A DNA stretch of 64,000 nt from the NCBI GenBank assembly GCA_964270895.1, contig OZ185441.1; one strand, 5' to 3'. This DNA is from Podarcis filfolensis (Eukaryota). A program made the translations under genes and the position numbers. Under the pieces are notes generated by a model. That model was given only the letters and a program-made list of their open reading frames with translations, ran no database searches and was not told where the DNA came from. Shown piece after piece: positions 60,188 through 64,000 of this stretch (position 1 is the stretch's first letter; every line of letters starts with the position of its first letter).

Positions 60188-63100
60188 GTGGGTCTAATCA
60201 AGCAGTAGAGATGCAGCCTTCAGACTGGGCTCATCATTAGCAGATACCTTTCCATCACCGGTCATATTTGATACAAGTTGAGAAATGATCTCACTGTGGC
60301 TTGATCCAGTAATAAGCCCAGTCAACGTCTCTGCACAAAATCCCATAAATGTGCAGAGATCAAAGAATATTGCATCACTAGGCATGGAGGAGAAATTGGG
60401 TTGAATGGAATGGAAATCTTCCAAATGGAATCTTCCAAATTTGTAGTTTTCAAAACAATGTATGAGCCAAAAACAGCTCTTTTTAAATAGATTTGTACTT
60501 ACCTGTACTTGTTTTGTAAAAATATTTACAAAAAATCATATATTAGGGGGAAATTTGCATAAAAATGCAGATATTAGCGAAAGTAGCATAACATGCATTG
60601 TATTGGAGAAACTGCTTGCAAAAATGTGTACATTAGTAAAAGAAAATGCATCTGAAATGGCTTTATTAGGAGAATTTCGCACTAAAATGCTTGTGAATTT
60701 TCATGTGGATCTTTTTTAAAAAAATAAATAAAAAATAGCAAACTGTTGCAAAATGTGGAGAACTAAATTTAAGATTTGATTCCTTTAATTCTCATCCTAT
60801 ATGAGATTTGTTTCTATCATCTCAAGGCAGAACCATAGATTGCCTGAAGTTTGTATGTATGTTTGGATCATTAATTTAGCATGATTCAGATATCATGGGC
60901 CAAACATGTTGAATCATTTCAAAGAGTAGTATGCAGGAAGATATCCATCCTGCAAATGTCACATATGATCTAAGAGTCATGTGACATACATATCAGGATA
61001 ATAAGTCCTGCTGTTATATTATTGCCTGTGCAACTGAAGCAATGTTCCAATTTTATTCAAGGTCCTGCATTGGGATGAAGTGAAAGAGTGTGACAAACCC
61101 AGAAGCAGGAGCCTGGGACATTCAACAACCAGACTAAGAAGGGTATGTAGAAGAACGCTTGGAGGTGTATTCCTCCCCTGCCCAAAGAACCCAGCTTGCA
61201 TATTAGTATTATCTCCTGTTATCTCAACATCAACTCCATGCCTGTTGGGCAAAAACATCTCTAAAGGAAGAAAAGGGGCCTTGAGCACTGAATCAGCTCT
61301 TAAAAGTGCAAATGTCATTTTCATAAATATATTTGCAACAAAATATTTGGATGAAGGAGGATTAAAGCATCAATATATGTGTCTGATATCAGTGCAACAT
61401 CAGAACAAGGATTGGCTGATGTTTGAAAAACAAATTTGGTTTCATGCCACCATTTCTTATTCCTTTATTGTAAATGGGCTGGAAATGAACTACCTATGGA
61501 TACAGACATTTTATAACTTCATTGCAGACCCAAGGTGCTGGTGGTGCCAAACCGAGACCCCGTCCTGAACCTAAACCTTGTGACAAGAGACGAGTCATTC
61601 ACCGCCCAGCTCCTTGCCCTGAGCCCGAGCCCGAGCCACGTTGTCCTAGACGCGTAAGTTGTGAAACATCTGGAGAGTTTCATCAAAATAATAATAATAA
61701 TCTCTCACACACACAAATAGACATTTAGGGGGTTATCTCTAAGTATTCTAAATGATACCACACAACTTGTGATAAAATCCACAGGAAAGTAGGAATGAAA
61801 CCGCTAAATTCTTGCTTAGATGTGAAGTTCACTGGGTGATGTTGAGTCAGTCACCATCAACCCCCATCTAACATTGCCGTGAGCATAAAATTGAGTAAAT
61901 CACAAGAAAGATGAGCTGGGCTGCCTGGAGGGATTCAGATGTGATAAATGTTTACTTCAAAGTAGGCATACCTGAGGTCGACTTTCAAGCAAGCTTTGTT
62001 GCTTAAGCTAAGTTTGTAAGTTTTCTTTCTCACAAGAAATACCCTTAAGAAGATAAGTAGCCAGGTGTTGTGAGAATTAACCTCCTTCTTTTTGAATCCT
62101 TAGGATGTTCCTTGCTATGAGTGTGAGAAGCCTGAAGGAATCCATACGGCATTCAGCAAAATCCTTGCGACTCTTAATGAGCCCAGCGCCAACTATACTC
62201 TGAGCTTTGCCAACAAGCTCTATGGAAACAAGGACATTGCCTTCATCCAGGTAACTCTAATTTTGGCCCCTATGGGTGCTCCACTGCACTGTGAGAACCA
62301 AGTGCACATTGCAACCTGCTAGTGACTGTATTCTACCATAAATGGATTCATCATCTACTGGTGTCTGTCAAACTTGTGCCTCATTCCCAGGCAACCAGAG
62401 AGATCTGCTACGGTAATGATTATCTGCTCTATGAAAGTCTCCACCTGCAAAATTTAGTGTTCTGAAACTACAAAGAGGCACTGAATCTTTAAGGGAATTA
62501 GGCAGTACTCAAATGCGAGAGAATACTCTGGACATTTTCTGTTTTGTTATATATTTACTGATACATGGATCCAATGTTTTCTTGTTCTGTTCAGAAATTC
62601 GTTTTCTGTGCTCTCAAACTGTACTTGACTGAAGTGGATGGTGTGGATTTCCATAATGCCCCTGAGGAAGTGAGGAGACTCATCAACCTTTGGGTTGAAA
62701 CCCGTACACATGGTAAGATCACAGAATGCACTAGTGACCTCTTCCTGACATAACTTTCATGATAGGGAGGTCTCCGGTCTTTGTTCTTCTCATGCTGGTT
62801 CAAAAAACCAGTTAAATCTTTCTTATTCTCCAAGAATAAGCTAAGAGCCCACTGTGACCTCTGCTTTCCTTCAAACATGAGGAAAGGTAGGATTGATTTG
62901 TTGCAATAAACTGGTGCCCATACTATTTTATTTGCTTATAAAAACAGTTAAATGCTCCCATTCTGTTGCAAAGGACTACTTAGGGTATAATTAAGTACTT
63001 TATTCAAGCTGTTCCATTTATTCTCCATTAACCGTGAACTACAAATTGTATGCCCCCATTCCCCAAAAACCCATCGTAACAATTTCTTTGCCAGGTAAAA

Positions 63101-63925
63101 TCAAGGACCTTCTCCCCAAGGACAGCTTTGATTGCCTTGTTCAGCTCCTGCTGGTGAATGCTCTCTTCTTCAAAGGACAATGGGAAGTGAAATTTGACAA
63201 AGAGCTCACAGAAGAAGCTCCCTTTTACCCTCATCATGCAGATGAGGTGAGTTAGAAACGTATTCCTAGCTTCCTTGCTTCTTTTGTGCAGAGACAATGT
63301 ACCTTGTAACTTCCAGAATACACATTTAGTGTTGGTGTTGAGTTGCCCCAATGAGGTCTTGATGGAGGTCACTTGAAACACTTGGTGCAAGGAAGGCTCT
63401 GCAATGCTGGACGGTCATCACCCCTTTTAGTTGAAGATGACGGCCCAAAACTAGAGTTAGCTGTCCTAGAGCCCCACTGCTAACAATGGGGTTTAATTTG
63501 GCCACTTGATACCAGTCCAATTGATTTCAATTTAGTAGGATTGTTGCTGAAATTACAAAAGAGAATAATCTGCTGTCTCCCTTTTCTTTTTCTCTGGGAG
63601 GTGTTTTTTGTTTTGTTTTTTTGTTTTGCAATGCCGAATCTCATGATCTGAAAGAAAGAAAGAAAAAAAGAAAGAAAGAAAGAAAGAAAGAACTTCCCAA
63701 AGAAAACTAAGTTCCTTCTCTCTTTTTAAATATTTCCTTTTTTCCTTTTCTTCACAGAAGGAATGCCACAGCGTGCAGCTGATGCACAGGAAGGGAGTCT
63801 ACAATGCAGGGACAATTGACCTATGCGACGTTCAAGTCCAAGTTGTTGAGATCCCCTACAAGAACAATGAACTGACCTTCGTTCTGCTGCTGCCAGTAGA
63901 CTGCAGTGCAGAAGCTCTTGAACAG
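60020..63925 (+). CDS. Serpin gene D (close paralog of C; last exon lies beyond the window)
   Basis: Coding exons 60020-60187, 61062-61142, 61528-61653, 62104-62250, 62595-62712, 63095-63246, 63758-63925; open frame so far. Confidence 0.9.
61062..61142 (+). CDS. Gene D exon 3a
   Basis: 81 bp, VLHWDEVKECDKPRSRSLGHSTTRLRR. Confidence 0.88.
61528..61653 (+). CDS. Gene D exon 3b (short form)
   Basis: 126 bp, TQGAGGAKPRPRPEPKPCDKRRVIHRPAPCPEPEPEPRCPRR, ttcattgcag| and |gtaagt. Confidence 0.87.
62104..62250 (+). CDS. Gene D exon 4
   Basis: 147 bp, DVPCYECEKPEGIHTAF...DIAFIQ. Confidence 0.92.
62595..62712 (+). CDS. Gene D exon 5
   Basis: 118 bp, KFVFCALKLYLTEVDGVDFHNAPEEVRRLINLWVETRTHG. Confidence 0.92.
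63095..63246 (+). CDS. Gene D exon 6
   Basis: 152 bp, KIKDLLPKDSFDCLVQLLLVNALFFKGQW...HADE. Confidence 0.92.
63758..63925 (+). CDS. Gene D exon 7
   Basis: 168 bp, KECHSVQLMHRKG...EALEQ, same protein sequence as gene C. Confidence 0.92.
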
Positions 63926-64000
63926 GTAAATGGTCTTTCCATTCCTATGATACTGTCCATGGCCTTATTCACCTTATCCATCTCTGGCCCTCGATTTCAA

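Overview
Eukaryotic genomic DNA, almost certainly from a squamate and probably a lacertid lizard (Sauria SINEs and MIR/Ther1-derived Squam3-like SINEs are present). The window holds a head-to-tail (+ strand) array of four paralogous clade B (ov-)serpin loci: gene A (TATA 4861, CDS 6096-18884, about 456 aa), a truncated frameshifted pseudogene B (about 23909-28273), gene C (TATA 44623, CDS 44912-49505, about 505 aa) and gene D (TATA 59731, CDS from 60020, last exon beyond the window). I reconstructed the exons by hand from GT-AG boundaries, phase continuity and paralog comparison. These serpins are atypical. (i) They have an extra phase 0-0 exon in the CD loop, giving 9 exons rather than the canonical 8. 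(ii) The CD loop is very long; in gene C it carries four 16-aa Pro/Arg/Glu/Cys repeats that are absent from the close paralog D. (iii) The reactive-centre-loop hinge is Glu/Pro-rich and predicts non-inhibitory proteins. (iv) They are Cys-rich. (v) All four promoters have a GT/CACCC box exactly 21 bp before the TATA box. An unexplained acidic/coiled-coil ORF with a good splice acceptor (30215-30726) lies behind the pseudogene. The rest is dense in transposons: L1/Tx1-like LINE pieces with TSDs, L2 and CR1 fragments, SINEs, Tc1/mariner- and hAT-type MITEs, and solo LTRs with 5-bp TSDs. Function statements are inferences; no database search could be run.
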